Shown: positions 1-24,463 of the stretch, one piece after another
Position numbering within the stretch: position 1 is the stretch's first letter
Layout: each line of letters opens with the position of its first letter
From: Macrostomum lignano
Lineage: Eukaryota
NCBI GenBank assembly: GCA_002269645.1
Contig: NIVC01000850.1
Coordinates: 186,001 to 250,000 of the forward strand
Direction of reading: 5' to 3'
Length of the DNA stretch: 64,000 nucleotides
Program-made: the position numbers and the translations under genes
The notes under the pieces: model-generated
Databases searched by the model: none
Seen by the model: the letters and a program-made list of their open reading frames with translations, nothing else
Told to the model about the DNA's origin: nothing

Positions 1-426
1 GCTGAAGCAGTGTTAATATATTATATAGGCTTATATGCTGTGTACTAAGGGAGATCGAGGGTCTTCTCATGGGATATCTGGCCAGTGTTCTCTCGCTGTT
101 TGGGCGGCTCTATCTGTGAATTGGCTGACTGTATAGGCTAAGCCTATTGAAGCATTGTCTTTCTTTGCAAGCGATCTATATACTGTATACTTAACGAACG
201 GGGTTTATTGATCCAACCAATCGCTATTGGATTATATAAGGTTGCAGTTCGGTGCTGCATATCTTGAAAGTTTAATGCAATATTTTATTACCCATAATTT
301 GTACTTTTCTTCATAGCCTCGGCTATGCACTTTGCTGTGATGCTCTGTTATGGTCATCAATAACATTAGGCATTATATTGTCAGAAAGAGATCGATAAGA
401 ATTAGAGTCCGGGCTGAGTGGGTAAG

Positions 427-932
427 AGAGTCAGAAAGTGTGAAGGAGAGTCTGACAGGGAAAAGGAAATTCAGACAGAAAGAGAGTCAGTCAGTCGAAA
501 AGAGTCAGACAGTCGAAAATAGAGTCAGACAGTCGAAAATAGAGTCAGACAGTGAGAAAGCGAGTCAGACAGTGAGAAAGAGAGAGTCAGACAGTGAGAG
601 AGTCAGACAGTGAGAAGAGAGATTCAGACAATGAGAAAGAGAGATTCAGACAATAAGAAAGAGAGATTCCGACAGTGAAAGTCAGACAGTGAGAAAGAGA
701 GTCAGACAGTGAGAAAGAGAGAGAGAGAGAGTCAGACAATGAGAAAAAGAGAGTCAGGCAATAAGAAAGAGAGATTCAGACAATGAGAAAGAGAGATTCA
801 GACAATGAGAAAGAGAGATTCAGACAGTGAGAAAGAGAGAGTCAGACAGTGAAAAAGTGAGAGTCAGACAGTGAAAAAGTGAGAGTCAGACAGTGAGAAA
901 GTGAGAAAGTGAGAGTCAGACAGTGAGAAAGA
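427..932. repeat. Degenerate ~20-22-bp purine-rich minisatellite (gagagtcagacagtgagaaa)
   Basis: Visible tandem units. Confidence 0.85.
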
Positions 933-1080
933 GATAATCATACTCGTGAAGAGAGGGGTACAGAGAATCAGATCAGGCAGTGGGACAGGGAGGGAAGTTA
1001 TGATGACACACAGCCTCCAATAAGCTTCATCAGCTACAGGGATAATAGGCAGCCGACATGAATCCCCTCCTGCCTCGCAG

Positions 1081-10005
<8,925 letters not shown>

Positions 10006-10165
10006 GCAATCATCTATCATATCAAATCTGTATTATGCGCCCGCGATCGTCACTGCTTATTCTTAAATGATGATAATTCGAGCAAATCCATGAAATGATG
10101 ACAACTTTATTTGGCTAATCTTACTCTGGGTTTACTTTTTTGGTTTGGTCTGCTTAATGACTAAT

Positions 10166-10757
10166 ACAAAGACCACTGTAGTACAAAACTACGTAAAACT
10201 CAAAGATCGTGTAATTTTTTAGCGGGGCCAATTTCCACTAAGTACTTAAGTAAAAAAGACTGGGTCAATAACAATATGCAAAAAGGATATTGTTAAACAG
10301 TGTCTACATTTAGTTATTTCAACGCAGGTCTAGGAATAGTTACTGAAGTATATTGGACTAGCACATCAAGCCCCCCATGGGGGGCATCATTTTCTAATTC
10401 AAGTCAGAATGGTTCGCAATCAAAGTGACCATCGAGAGCCCATTAGTATATTAGTATTAGGATAACAGCGCAAAATTAGTATATAGACTAGCAATCAGCG
10501 CCCCCCCCCCCCGTTGGAGAGCCAACAAAGAATGTAAATTAGGAAAACAATATAAAAATGAACTTTTCACTGCACAACTATATAAAATACAAAATAATAA
10601 CATGCTGTGCAACGTTAAATTAAAACAATGGTGATCTTCACTGTCCCATATCAAATTCAAAAAATGATTTTTTCCAATCGCCACAGTGATTTTTTCCTGA
10701 AAAATTACACGATCTTTGAGTTTTACGTCAAGTTATACTACCTACAGCGGTCCTTGG
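10166..10757. mobile_element. MITE with ~50-bp TIRs (CAAGGACCACTGTA family)
   Basis: gaccactgtagtacaaaactacgtaaaactcaaagatcgtgtaatttt at 10171 is mirrored by aaaattacacgatctttgagttttacg...tacagcggtcc at about 10700-10753. Confidence 0.72.
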
Positions 10758-11368
10758 TCAAATATTGAAATTATTTTAAATCTCCAGTGTAAACAGGCCT
10801 GTTGCTATGCTTGGCTTTAAACAGACGAGTCGAATTACATGTTGAAATTCTGTTTTATTTTACTTGTTTTGAAATATTGTCGCTCTTTGTCTTGTATAGT
10901 TATATGTTGCATTGATGAATAATAGCCATTGCAACTCTTTTATACATGTAGTTCAAAATCTTAATGAGCGATAAAAAGTGTGCTCAACTTGTCTGCTTCA
11001 TCCGATATTGCGTTACTTTTAAAAATGCTTACTTTTAAGATTCATAGTCTGTATTAAATATATTTTTATTTAGACGACATAATTATAATCTTTAATAGAT
11101 AAATGTTAACTTTTTTATTTAGCCTTCCTAGAAAAATCTACTAACGTTGAATTATTTTGTGTCTTCCCGTTTAAGACATTTCCTTGTAATCTGTTGTTGT
11201 GTCTATCGATTTTATGTCCTTTTGGGGCGATGTTTTCAGCTTGATAAATCCTGGCCACAGACACAGACACAGTTAAGACAGCTGTGTCTTCTTTTTCTTG
11301 CTATTTAAATACTATGGATAATATCAAAAAAAATTGTAAAATATTTGATTCGCCCAACTTCACTCCCT

Positions 11369-11875
11369 GTGTACACTCGCTTCAAGCCAACCTCAATCCC
11401 AGTGTACACTCGCTCCCAGCCAACCTCAATCCAAGTGTACACTCGCTCCCAGCCAACCTCAATCCCAAATGTACACTCGCTCCCAGCCAACCTCAATCCC
11501 AGTGTACACTCGCTCCCAACCAACCTCAATCCCAGTGTACACTCGCTCCCAACCAACCTCAATCCCAAATGTACACTCGCTCCCAGCCAACCTCAATCCC
11601 AGTGTACACTCGCTCCCAACCAACCTCAATCCCAAATGTACACTCGCTCCCAGCCAACCTCAATCCCAGTGTACACTCGCTCCCAACCAACCTCAATCCC
11701 AAATGTACACTCGCTCCCAGCCAACCTCAATCCCAGTGTACACTCGCTCCCAACCAACCTCAATCCCAAATGTACACTCGCTCCCAGCCAACCTCAATCC
11801 CAGTGTACACTCGCTCCCAACCAACCTCAATCCCAGTGTACACTCGCTCCCAGCCAACCTCAATCCCACTGTACA
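11369..11875. repeat. 33/34-bp minisatellite (gtacactcgctcccagccaacctcaatcccagt)
   Basis: About 15 copies. Confidence 0.93.
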
Positions 11876-12859
11876 CCGCCAGTATACACGTTTTATAATT
11901 TTAAAACTGAACTATTAAAATAATGTTTCTGTTACATTGGCTAAAGTTACTGTTTTTATTTTAAAAATGCACATTTAAATTACATTGCGTGACATAATCT
12001 GAAATATTTCCTACTTAATTGGTTGTACTTTAGTACCTGGTACATGTACTATGTGTTTTCATCTTGCCACTATCATCTCCCCAGTCTGATAAGTACATTT
12101 GAGTCGCTCTCTCGATATTAAACGAGCTATCAATAAACTCGCTGTGCGAAAATGATACGAGCTAAAATTACGTGCATTCCTTCGTCTATCTACTCTATTT
12201 TACTTGTAAGTAGCAATGCGAAAATTTAGCCAATAAATTTGCTTTTTTGATACTATTTAACAATAAAATCGTGTTTCGATTGGAGTCTTTAAATATATTT
12301 CTAGGAGAATCGATCAGGCAAAATGTTGCTTATATTATTCGTTTATTTAATATTTTAAACGGTTTCTGCAGTTCAATTCATGACTATATCAATGTATTGT
12401 GTGTTTTTTCGCCAGGTATTTTATCTCATTAATATATTGCTCATATTTTGCGTACTATAACTTTTGTTGCAGAACTTAAACACGCGTTGCACTTTTATTG
12501 TTTGAGTACGTTTTAAAGTACAAATCGACCTAAAAAATACAGAGTGTAAATTTCAGCTTTGTACGAGCCATCCAGATAATTGAATTTGTGATTAATTAAT
12601 TAATAAGTCAAGTGATCAATAATGTTCTTGATTGTTATTCACTATGCTAGGGGTTGTACGATAGTATGATAAGGATGATGCTGAGGATGATTATGATCAT
12701 GGTGATACAATGATGGTGGTTGTTATGATGGTAGCGATTTTTAGTAATTCCCCTACCATAGACAACAAAATGTTCATTTGTTATCTGTGTATTTTAAAGT
12801 CAGAACTACGCTTGTATAGCGCGCAGCCAATAACGATTCTCGTAACATGGCATGACAGT

Positions 12860-12959
12860 CACAGACAGACAGACACTAAGACAGACAGGCAGGCAGACAA
12901 TAAGATAGACAGACAGGCAGACAGACAATAAGGTAGACAGACAGGCAGGCAGACAAAAC

Positions 12960-12998
<39 letters not shown>

Positions 12999-13087
12999 GG
13001 ACAGACGGGGAGACGGGGAGACAGACAGACACTAAGACAGGCAGGCAGACAGACAATAAGATAGACAGACAGGCAGGCAGACAAAAC

Positions 13088-13122
<35 letters not shown>

Positions 13123-13279
13123 GGACAGACGGGGAGACGGGGAGACAGACAGACACTAAGACAGGCAGGCAGACAGACAGACAGACAGACGCGAAGAGAG
13201 ACAGGCAGACAAGACAGACAGACAGACAGACAGATAGACAAACGGACAGACAGACAGACAGACAGACAGAAAGACAGAC

Positions 13280-13315
<36 letters not shown>

Positions 13316-13325
13316 CAGACAGACA

Positions 13326-13376
<51 letters not shown>

Positions 13377-13381
13377 TAGAC

Positions 13382-13472
<91 letters not shown>

Positions 13473-13522
13473 TAGACAGACAGACAGACAGACAAGACAG
13501 AGAGACAGACAGACAGACAGAC

Positions 13523-13593
<71 letters not shown>

Positions 13594-13655
13594 TAGACAG
13601 ACAGACAGACAGACAGACAAGACAGACAGACAGACAAGACAGACAGACAGACAAA

Positions 13656-13733
<78 letters not shown>

Positions 13734-13770
13734 CAGACAGACAGACAGACAAGACAGACAGACAGACAGA
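12860..13770. repeat. (AGAC)n microsatellite, imperfect
   Basis: Direct reading. Confidence 0.95.
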
Positions 13771-14324
13771 TGGATGGACGGATGAATAACTGTCCATTCG
13801 TTTTAGCATTGAACGTTCGGTGGCGGCGAGCAAGCCACGTGTCTGAACCGGCCAGCGAGATCGTAGAAGAGAGAGTTAGGGGCTGTCTGATGGAATAGGG
13901 AGAGAGCAGTGGGCGGGGAAGCCGCGTGCCCCTCAGCCTAAACGGGATAGCATATTTTGTACGCATCCGAATGAAAGCAGCATCGAGCCAGCTTCAACTG
14001 TCCGTTTCTCTTCCCTGCAGCGCACTCGCTCGATCCCCGGTCCCTCTGACTTCCGTCCCCCTTTGCCCCGCAGACCCCTGGCTGCCTCGGCCTGAAGGAG
14101 CATCGATGGCGTTTGACGCCCGCGCTTAGCGGTCATATAACGGAACGGGATGGCTTAGGCAGATCGCTTGCACACGAACCCACTGACAAAGTGCTGAGGA
14201 GGGAATAACTTTGGATTAATCGCAGTCTCATACAGAACTTTCTTTAGACTCTGCGCCGTCGTACAACGAAAAAGTATCATCGAGAAAAAGGTGAGGCCTT
14301 AAAGAAGATTGCTTCCTCTCTGAT

Positions 14325-14892
14325 CACTCACTCACTCACTCAGTAACTCATTCACTCTCTTGCTCACTCACTCACTCACTCACTCACTCACTCACTCACT
14401 CACTCACTCACTCACTCACTCACTCACTCGCTCACTCACTCACTCACTCACTCACTCACTCACTCGCTCACTCACGCACTCACTCACTCGGTAACTCATT
14501 CACTCACTCACTCACTCACTCACTCACTCGCTCATTCACGCACTCACTCACTCATTCACTCACTCACTCACTCACTCACTCACTCACTCACTCACTCGCT
14601 CACTCACTCACTCGCTCACTCACGCACTCACTCACTCGGTAACTCATTCACTCACTCACTCACTCACTCGCTCACTCACGCACTCACTCACTCATTCACT
14701 CACTCACTCACTCACTCACTCACTCACTCACTCACTCGCTCACTCACTCACTCACTCACTCGGTAACTCATTCACTCTCCTGCTCACTCACTCACTCACT
14801 CACTCACTCGGTAACTCATTCACTCTCCTGCTCACTCACTCACTCACTCACTCAGTAACTCATTCACTCTCCTGCTCACTCCCTCACTCACT
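14325..14892. repeat. (TCAC)n microsatellite, imperfect
   Basis: Direct reading; ends at the acceptor just before the USP ATG. Confidence 0.95.
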
Positions 14893-14899
14893 CCAGGCT

Positions 14900-15361
14900 A
14901 TGAAGCGCAAGATCCTGATTGCCATGGACGGTAGCGAGAACAGCCGTCGGGCGCTCCGCTGGTACGCCCAGAACATGAACAACCCGGAGGACCTGCTGAT
15001 CTTCGTGTTCATCACCGACCCGCCGTCCATGTCGCTGCTGGCCCACAGCGTGGTGGCCACGCCGGAGGCCTACAACGCCGGCATCGCCCGCGGCATCGAG
15101 GAGGGCAAAGCGTTGGCAATAAAAACTCGCCAGTTTTGCGCAAGCCTTGGCCTGAAAAATACGCAACGATTCCTGGAAAGAATGACTCACGGCGTCGGAC
15201 CAGCGATTGTTGAAATTGCCAACGAGGAGGCGGTGGACCTCATCCTGGTTGGCAACCGCGGACTGGGCACGATGAGGCGGACTTTCTTGGGCAGCGTGTC
15301 TGACTACGTGCTGCACCACGCCCACCGGCCTGTGGCGGTTGTGCCGCCTCCCAAAGAGTGA
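14900..15361 (+). CDS. Universal stress protein (Usp domain, ATP-binding type), 153 aa
   Basis: N-terminal KILIAMDGSENS; C-terminal ILVGNRGLGTMRRTFLGSVSDYVLHHAHRPVAVV with an intact G-2x-G-9x-GS motif. An acceptor AG at 14895-96 and a candidate donor gtgagg at 14291 suggest a 5'UTR intron. Confidence 0.93.
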   Translation: MKRKILIAMDGSENSRRALRWYAQNMNNPEDLLIFVFITDPPSMSLLAHSVVATPEAYNAGIARGIEEGKALAIKTRQFCASLGLKNTQRFLERMTHGVGPAIVEIANEEAVDLILVGNRGLGTMRRTFLGSVSDYVLHHAHRPVAVVPPPKE

Positions 15362-15544
15362 CCGACCGCTTGATAACTCTCGGCTGATTGACAGCTGGCG
15401 TCAAATTTGCAGCCAATTATGCGCTTTATTAGTGCGAGCGTATATTGCATAGCGAGAATGCCAGATATAAATACTCCTGCTGAATTTTAAGTTATGCATT
15501 ACAAGTATAATATAATTTATGTATGCGCGCTTAGTTTTATTCAC

Positions 15545-16262
15545 CTGCCTGCCTGTCTGCCTGCTGTCTGTCTGTCTTAGTGTCTGTCTCAGTGTCTCAG
15601 TGTCTCATTGTCTGTCTCAGTGTCTCAGTGTCTGTCTCAGTGTCTCAGTGTCTGTCTCAGTGTCCCAGTGTCTGTCTCAGTGTCTCATTGTCTGTCTCAG
15701 TGTCCCAGTGTCTGTCTCAGTGTCTCATTGTCTGTCTCAGTGTCTCAGTGTCTCATTGTCTGTCTTAGTGTCCCAGTGTCTGTCTCAGTGTCTCATTGTC
15801 TGTCTCAGTGTCTCAGTGTCTCATTGTCTGTCTTAGTGTCCCAGTGTCTGTCTCAGTGTCTCATTGTCTGTCTCAGTGTCTCAGTGTCTGTCTCAGTGTC
15901 TCAGTGTCTGTCTCAGTGTCCCAGTGTCTGTCTCAGTGTCTCATTGTCTGTCTCAGTGTCTCAGTGTCTGTCTCAGTGTCTCAGTGTCTGTCTCAGTGTC
16001 CCAGTGTCTGTCTCAGTGTCTCATTGTCTGTCTCAGTGTCTCAGTGTCTGTCTCAGTGTCCCAGTGTCTGTCTCAGTGTCTCATTGTCTGTCTCAGTGTC
16101 TCAGTGTCTGTCTCAGTGTCTCAGTGTCTGTCTCAGTGTCTCAGTGTCTGTCTCAGTGTCTCATTGTCTGTCTCAGTGTCTCAGTGTCTGTCTCAGTGTC
16201 TCAGTGTCTGTCTCAGTGTCCCAGTGTCTGTCTCAGTGTCTCAGTGTCTGACTCATTGTCTT
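15545..16262. repeat. (tgtctcag)/(tgtc) compound repeat
   Basis: Direct reading. Confidence 0.92.
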
Positions 16263-16809
16263 AGTGGAATTTCCGTAAGCCTCATCCAAGTTATACTTAT
16301 TTAAACTTCTTTGCCCATAAAATTTTTCCCATTTTCGATAAAAAAAGTATAAACTAACTTTTCCAATGTTTTTCTGAGTTCCAAAACTAATTATTGCTTC
16401 AAGAGTTTCACTTATGCTCAAAAAGCGAGATAAATCTCGAATAGAAATTTTAAAAAATTGACGCAGAGCTTTGGCATCTCATTGAGCAGCAAAGCATGCA
16501 GGGTGAATAACTCATATTTTAGAATATTTTGAATTGCGTGAGATTTGAATTCACGTATTACAAAGGTTGAATTGCATTCTGTTTCTAAAATCGGAAAAAG
16601 ATACTTTACAAATGTGTAGTCCACTACCGATAGTAAAAATACAAAGTTATTATACTTTGATAAGATGCTTTAGATAAAATAAGCTGTAGGATCGTGTAGA
16701 TATATGCAAGATGAAGATATTCATGGTGGTGCACACAAGGACTACTTAACACACAACGTCCTGTGTTGTTAAGTAGTCCTTGGGTGCACATAGGATACTG
16801 GTACTCTAG

Positions 16810-18440
16810 ATGGGGATTTTGGTACTGTAGTTGGGGATATTGGTGCTGTAGATAAGGATATTGGTGCTGTAATTGAGGATATAGGTACTGTAGAATGGGA
16901 TTTGGTGCTGTAGATGGGATATTGGTGCTGTAGATGGGATATTGGTGCTGTAGATGAGATACTGGTGCTGTAGATGGGATAATGTTGCTGTAGATACATG
17001 TATGGATATTGGTGATGTAGATGGGATATTGGTGCTGTAGATGGGATATTGGTGCTGTAGATGGGATATTGGTGCTGTAGATGGGATATTGGTGCTGTAG
17101 ATGGGATATTGGTGCTGTAGATGAGATACTGGTGCTGTAGATGGGATATTGGTGCTGTAGATGGGATAATGTTGCTGTAGATACATGTATGGATATTGGT
17201 GCTGTAGATGGGATATTGGTACTGTAGAATGAATATATTGGTGCTGCAGATGGAATATTGGTACTGTAGAATGGGATATTTGTACAGTAAAATGGGATAT
17301 TGGTGCTGTAGATAATTGAGGATATTGGTGCTGTAGATGGGATATTGGTGCTGTAGATGGGATATTGGTGCTTTAGATGGGATATTGGTACTGTAGATAA
17401 GGATATTGGTGCTGTAGATTATTAAGGATATTGGTGTTGTAGATTGGATATTGGTGCTGTAGATAATTAAGGATATTGGTGCTGTAAATGGGATATTGGT
17501 GCTGTAGATAGGATATTGGTGCTTTAGATGGGATATTGGTACTGTAGATAAGGATATTGGTGCTGTAGATGGGATATTGGTGCTGTAGATGGGATATTGG
17601 TGCTGTAGATGGGATATTGGTGCTGTAGATGGGATATTGGTGCTGTAGGTGGGATAATGTTGCTGTAGATACATATATGGATATTGGTGCTGTAGATGGG
17701 ATATTGGTGCTGTAGATGGGATATTGGTGCTGTAGATGGGATATTGGTGCTGTAGGTGGGATAATGTTGCTGTAGATACATATATGGATATTGGTGCTGT
17801 AGATGGGATATTGGTGCTGTAGATGGGATATTGGTGCTGTAGATGGGATATTGGTGCTGTAGATGGGATAATGTTGCTGTAGATACATGTATGGATATTG
17901 GTGCTGTAGATGGGATATTGGTGCTTTAGATGGGATATTGGTACTGTAGATAAGGATATTGGTGCTGTAGATGGGATATTGGTGCTGTAGATGGGATATT
18001 GATGCTGTAGATGGGATATTGGTGCTGTAGATAGGATATTGGTGCTTTAGATGGGATATTGGTACTGTAGATAAGGATATTGGTGCTGTAGATTATTAAG
18101 GATATTGGTGTTGTAGATTGGATATTGGTGCTGTAGATAATTAAGGATATTGGTGCTGTAAATCGGATATTGGTGCTGTAGATAGGATATTGGTGCTTTA
18201 GATGGGATATTGGTACTGTAGATAAGGATATTGGTGCTGTAGATGGGATATTGGTGCTGTAGATAGGATATTGGTGCTTTAGATGGGATATTGGTGCTGT
18301 TGATGGGATATTGGTGCTGTAGATGGGATATTGGTGCTGTAGATGGGATATTGGTGCTTTAGATGGGATATTGGTACTGTAGATAAGGATATTGGTGCTG
18401 TAGATAAGGATATTGGTGCTGTAGATGGGATATTGGTGCT
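16810..18440. repeat. 20-bp minisatellite (tgggatattggtgctgtaga)
   Basis: About 80 copies with variants. Confidence 0.95.
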
Positions 18441-18675
18441 CTCGATAAGATTGTGAGCGGAGTGCTTTAAATCTAAGAAAACAGTGACAGAACAAACTAC
18501 GCGTAGGAAACTAATTTGAACCTTGAAAATCTCCCTTAACACAAAGTTTGCAGCTGTCCGTGGACATCAACAACAAGGTACGATCGCAATAATAAGCCTT
18601 AAAAACATACGTGTTAAACGCAACAAGCAAGCATAACGCAATGAAAACTCGTCTGTGCAGCGAACAAAAATCACC

Positions 18676-19620
18676 ATGAATAACGACAAGACGCACATCC
18701 AGTTCTGCGCCTTCGTTCGCTTCAAGCTTGGAAAATCTGCAGCAGAAGTTGAGGAGGATCTCCGGACCACACTGCCGGACAGCTGCTCAACTTGCAGGAT
18801 AATTTACAGGCGATTTCATTTCAGGACTTTACTAATCCTGCGTGACCGCAGGGGCGTTACAGCAGTCAGCATGGCCCTCTCCGGACATGGCTGCTTCTCT
18901 CGCCACCGCTTCCTTCAGGGCCAGGTACCCGAGGAGCGGTGCTTCTTCTGCCGCTCAGGCAGTGAAAACGCCGAGCACTTAATCTGCCACTGCCCGGTCT
19001 TCACCAGGGCCAGGCTCACTCACCTCGGGCCAAACCCGCGGTTCTATCTGACGTTTGCAGGCCCGAGAGCATCCCGCTGCTAGCCCGGTGCCTCAGGGAC
19101 ACGGGACGAGCTGAGTTCTTTCCCACCGTCGGTGAGGAGGACCGCGCTGCAGGCGAGACCGACGGGTCCCCCTGAGCGACATCACTTCGACGGAAGTTTT
19201 TGGTCGCGAGGGGTTAGCGGAATGGGCGGTCTCCTCCGCCTCCTCGCTGCATCCGCCGGGACGATGCCCCCTGCAGTTAAGTCAAGAAGTAAGTCCCGAC
19301 TTTACTGATTCTGATTTCAGGTTCCGACAGATCTGGCCGACCATAATAAACTAGGACAACAGAGAACATCGATGTCATCAGCGGTCATGGGAGCCAGTCC
19401 TATCGCATCTTGACGGGGGACTTCCATCTCCGAAACGTCTGCTCGGTCTGGATGGCCCACTACTCACTACGGATCAACGTCAGGCCCGTGAGAACTGCGC
19501 CAAGCCGCCGGGGCTTGAATGACATCCTAAACTGCCTGCTTGTTGAGGATGAGACCTGGCTCTACTTGGATGGTAAGAGCAGCAAGGCAGACATGACGTT
19601 GAGACGTAACTTTATGGGAC
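18676..19620 (+). mobile_element. Decayed mariner (Tc1/mariner) transposase remnant interrupted by a retroelement fragment
   Basis: N-terminal HTH-like MNNDKTHIQFCAFVRFKLGKSAAEVEEDL. After the insertion: DRSGRP**TRTTENIDVI, YRILTGDFHLRNVCSVWMAH (cf. the WVPHxL motif) and LLVEDETWLY (first catalytic Asp motif). Stops and deletions are present; no TIRs identified. Confidence 0.8.
18826..19313 (+). mobile_element. 5'-truncated non-LTR retrotransposon 3' end (C-terminal CCHC zinc knuckle + 3'UTR)
   Basis: MALSGHGCFSRHR...CFFCRSGSENAEHLICHCP has the CX2CX8HX4C pattern typical of R1/LOA/I-group ORF2 C-termini. Flanked by direct repeat ATTTCAGG (18818-25 and 19314-21); ends in (CTGATT)2. Confidence 0.78.
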
Positions 19621-20296
19621 GATTTTGACCTGCAATTCTGGGGTTTCTGAAATTTCCTATGCAGATCTTTTAAGACAAGATGCTCTTGCGAACTTGAAAT
19701 TGCTTTCAACCAAACCAGTAATTCCTTGTTAGCTGCGTCTACTTGACCTCCGAAATATGGATTTTCCTCATCGGCTCTTAATAAATTAATATAAAATGCT
19801 TCAGCAATATTCTTAAAACTCGATTTAACCATCAGCTGCTCGATTTGCTATAAAAGCTCTTCAGCTTGCAATCCTTCCTGAGAAGCTGAAGTCCCAATCA
19901 ACATTGGAAGTTTTTTCGCGTCTTCAAACTGCTTTTTTGATTCATTACTTTGGCACCTGACAAGGTAAAATTTTTAATTTTAAGTATCAATCTTAATAAT
20001 TCTAATGCAACCTGACAGCCGTCTCATAGGTCTAAATTTTTATTTCAACGACAAAATTTTCAGACAAAAACTAAACTAGATAACGTTGAGAACTCCAGCC
20101 GACTGTGTCACCAAGCAACTTTGGCGACCCGACCGCTGGTACTGAGATGCTATTGAAGGTGCTGGTTATCATGATCAAGGCCACTCAATCTTTCTCCAAA
20201 CATAAATCAGTGGTGCATCAGAATTCCTTCGTCAACAAGAAGTGAGACTCTCTTGTCTATTGTGTGAATTGATAACCGGAAAGATACTTGCGAGAT

Positions 20297-22740
<2,444 letters not shown>

Positions 22741-23361
22741 CCACGCACTCGGAAGATATTGAAGGTTACCAGTTGTCGAATGTTCGAAAAAAACCGATAT
22801 TTCGGCCCAGACTGGGCCTTCGTCAGGGTTTATTTATTCGGGTTTAAAAACAAATATATTGGCAGTGAAGTTATTGTAACATAATTTCAATATATATATA
22901 TGCTACTTTTGGGGGTGCACTGAGCAGTGTTGAGTAAAGATGTGTACGTATAATTAGTTAAAAACGTGAGTTGAAGCACGCTGATTGGTTAAAGATTGGC
23001 AGCTTAAAGCCTTGCACAAAAAATATTAAAGATGTTAGGTGCTATAGAAAAACAGATTTAGAGCGTAGAAGTGTATGAATAAGCATCTTGAAAAGTTCAA
23101 CAAATAAGTTATTTACGCCCGTAGAATTGAGAACAAATATTAAATTAAAACAGAGCACTGAGAACTTTTCAAAAAGAAGTGCAAGTAAATAGATGTTATT
23201 ACATAAACAGTAAATAAATTGAGTCGCCAGGCAGGCCACTAGTTGCAGTTGGCGGCGTCTGGTCACAGATCGCCGCCTGCACAGCCCCTGGTCACAGGCG
23301 ACTGGGCACTGCAGATCAGTTGAGGCTAGATTATCAGTAGTAGTAGCACTAGTAGTTGCAG
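22741..23361 (-). mobile_element. Probable Penelope-like retroelement terminal (pLTR) fragment carrying the hammerhead
   Basis: 621-bp unique island between two (AGAT)n arrays with the ribozyme about 50 nt from one end. No RT or GIY-YIG coding sequence is visible, so the PLE assignment rests only on the ribozyme type. Confidence 0.45.
22791..22831 (-). ncRNA. Minimal type-I hammerhead ribozyme (Penelope-like-element type)
   Basis: The minus strand reads AAACC-CUGACGA-A-GGCCCAG-U-CUGGGCC-GAAA-UA-UC-GGUUU: stem I AAACC/GGUUU, core CUGANGA, stem II, GAAA, palindromic AUAU helix III and a UC cleavage site. Confidence 0.8.

Positions 23362-24463
<1,102 letters not shown>

Noticed and set aside
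1058-1080. ATG at 1058 as the plastin start codon
   Set aside because: It is out of frame with the EF-hand exon and lies within the pyrimidine tract of the acceptor at 1079-80; the true first exon is probably upstream of the window.
19205-19290. HDV-like ribozyme in the retroelement 3'UTR (ctccgcctcctcgc resembles the HDV P2/P3/L3 core)
   Set aside because: The P3 partner (would need GGC) and a downstream P2 partner after a J4/2 could not be found; HDV-like ribozymes are also normally at retroelement 5' ends.
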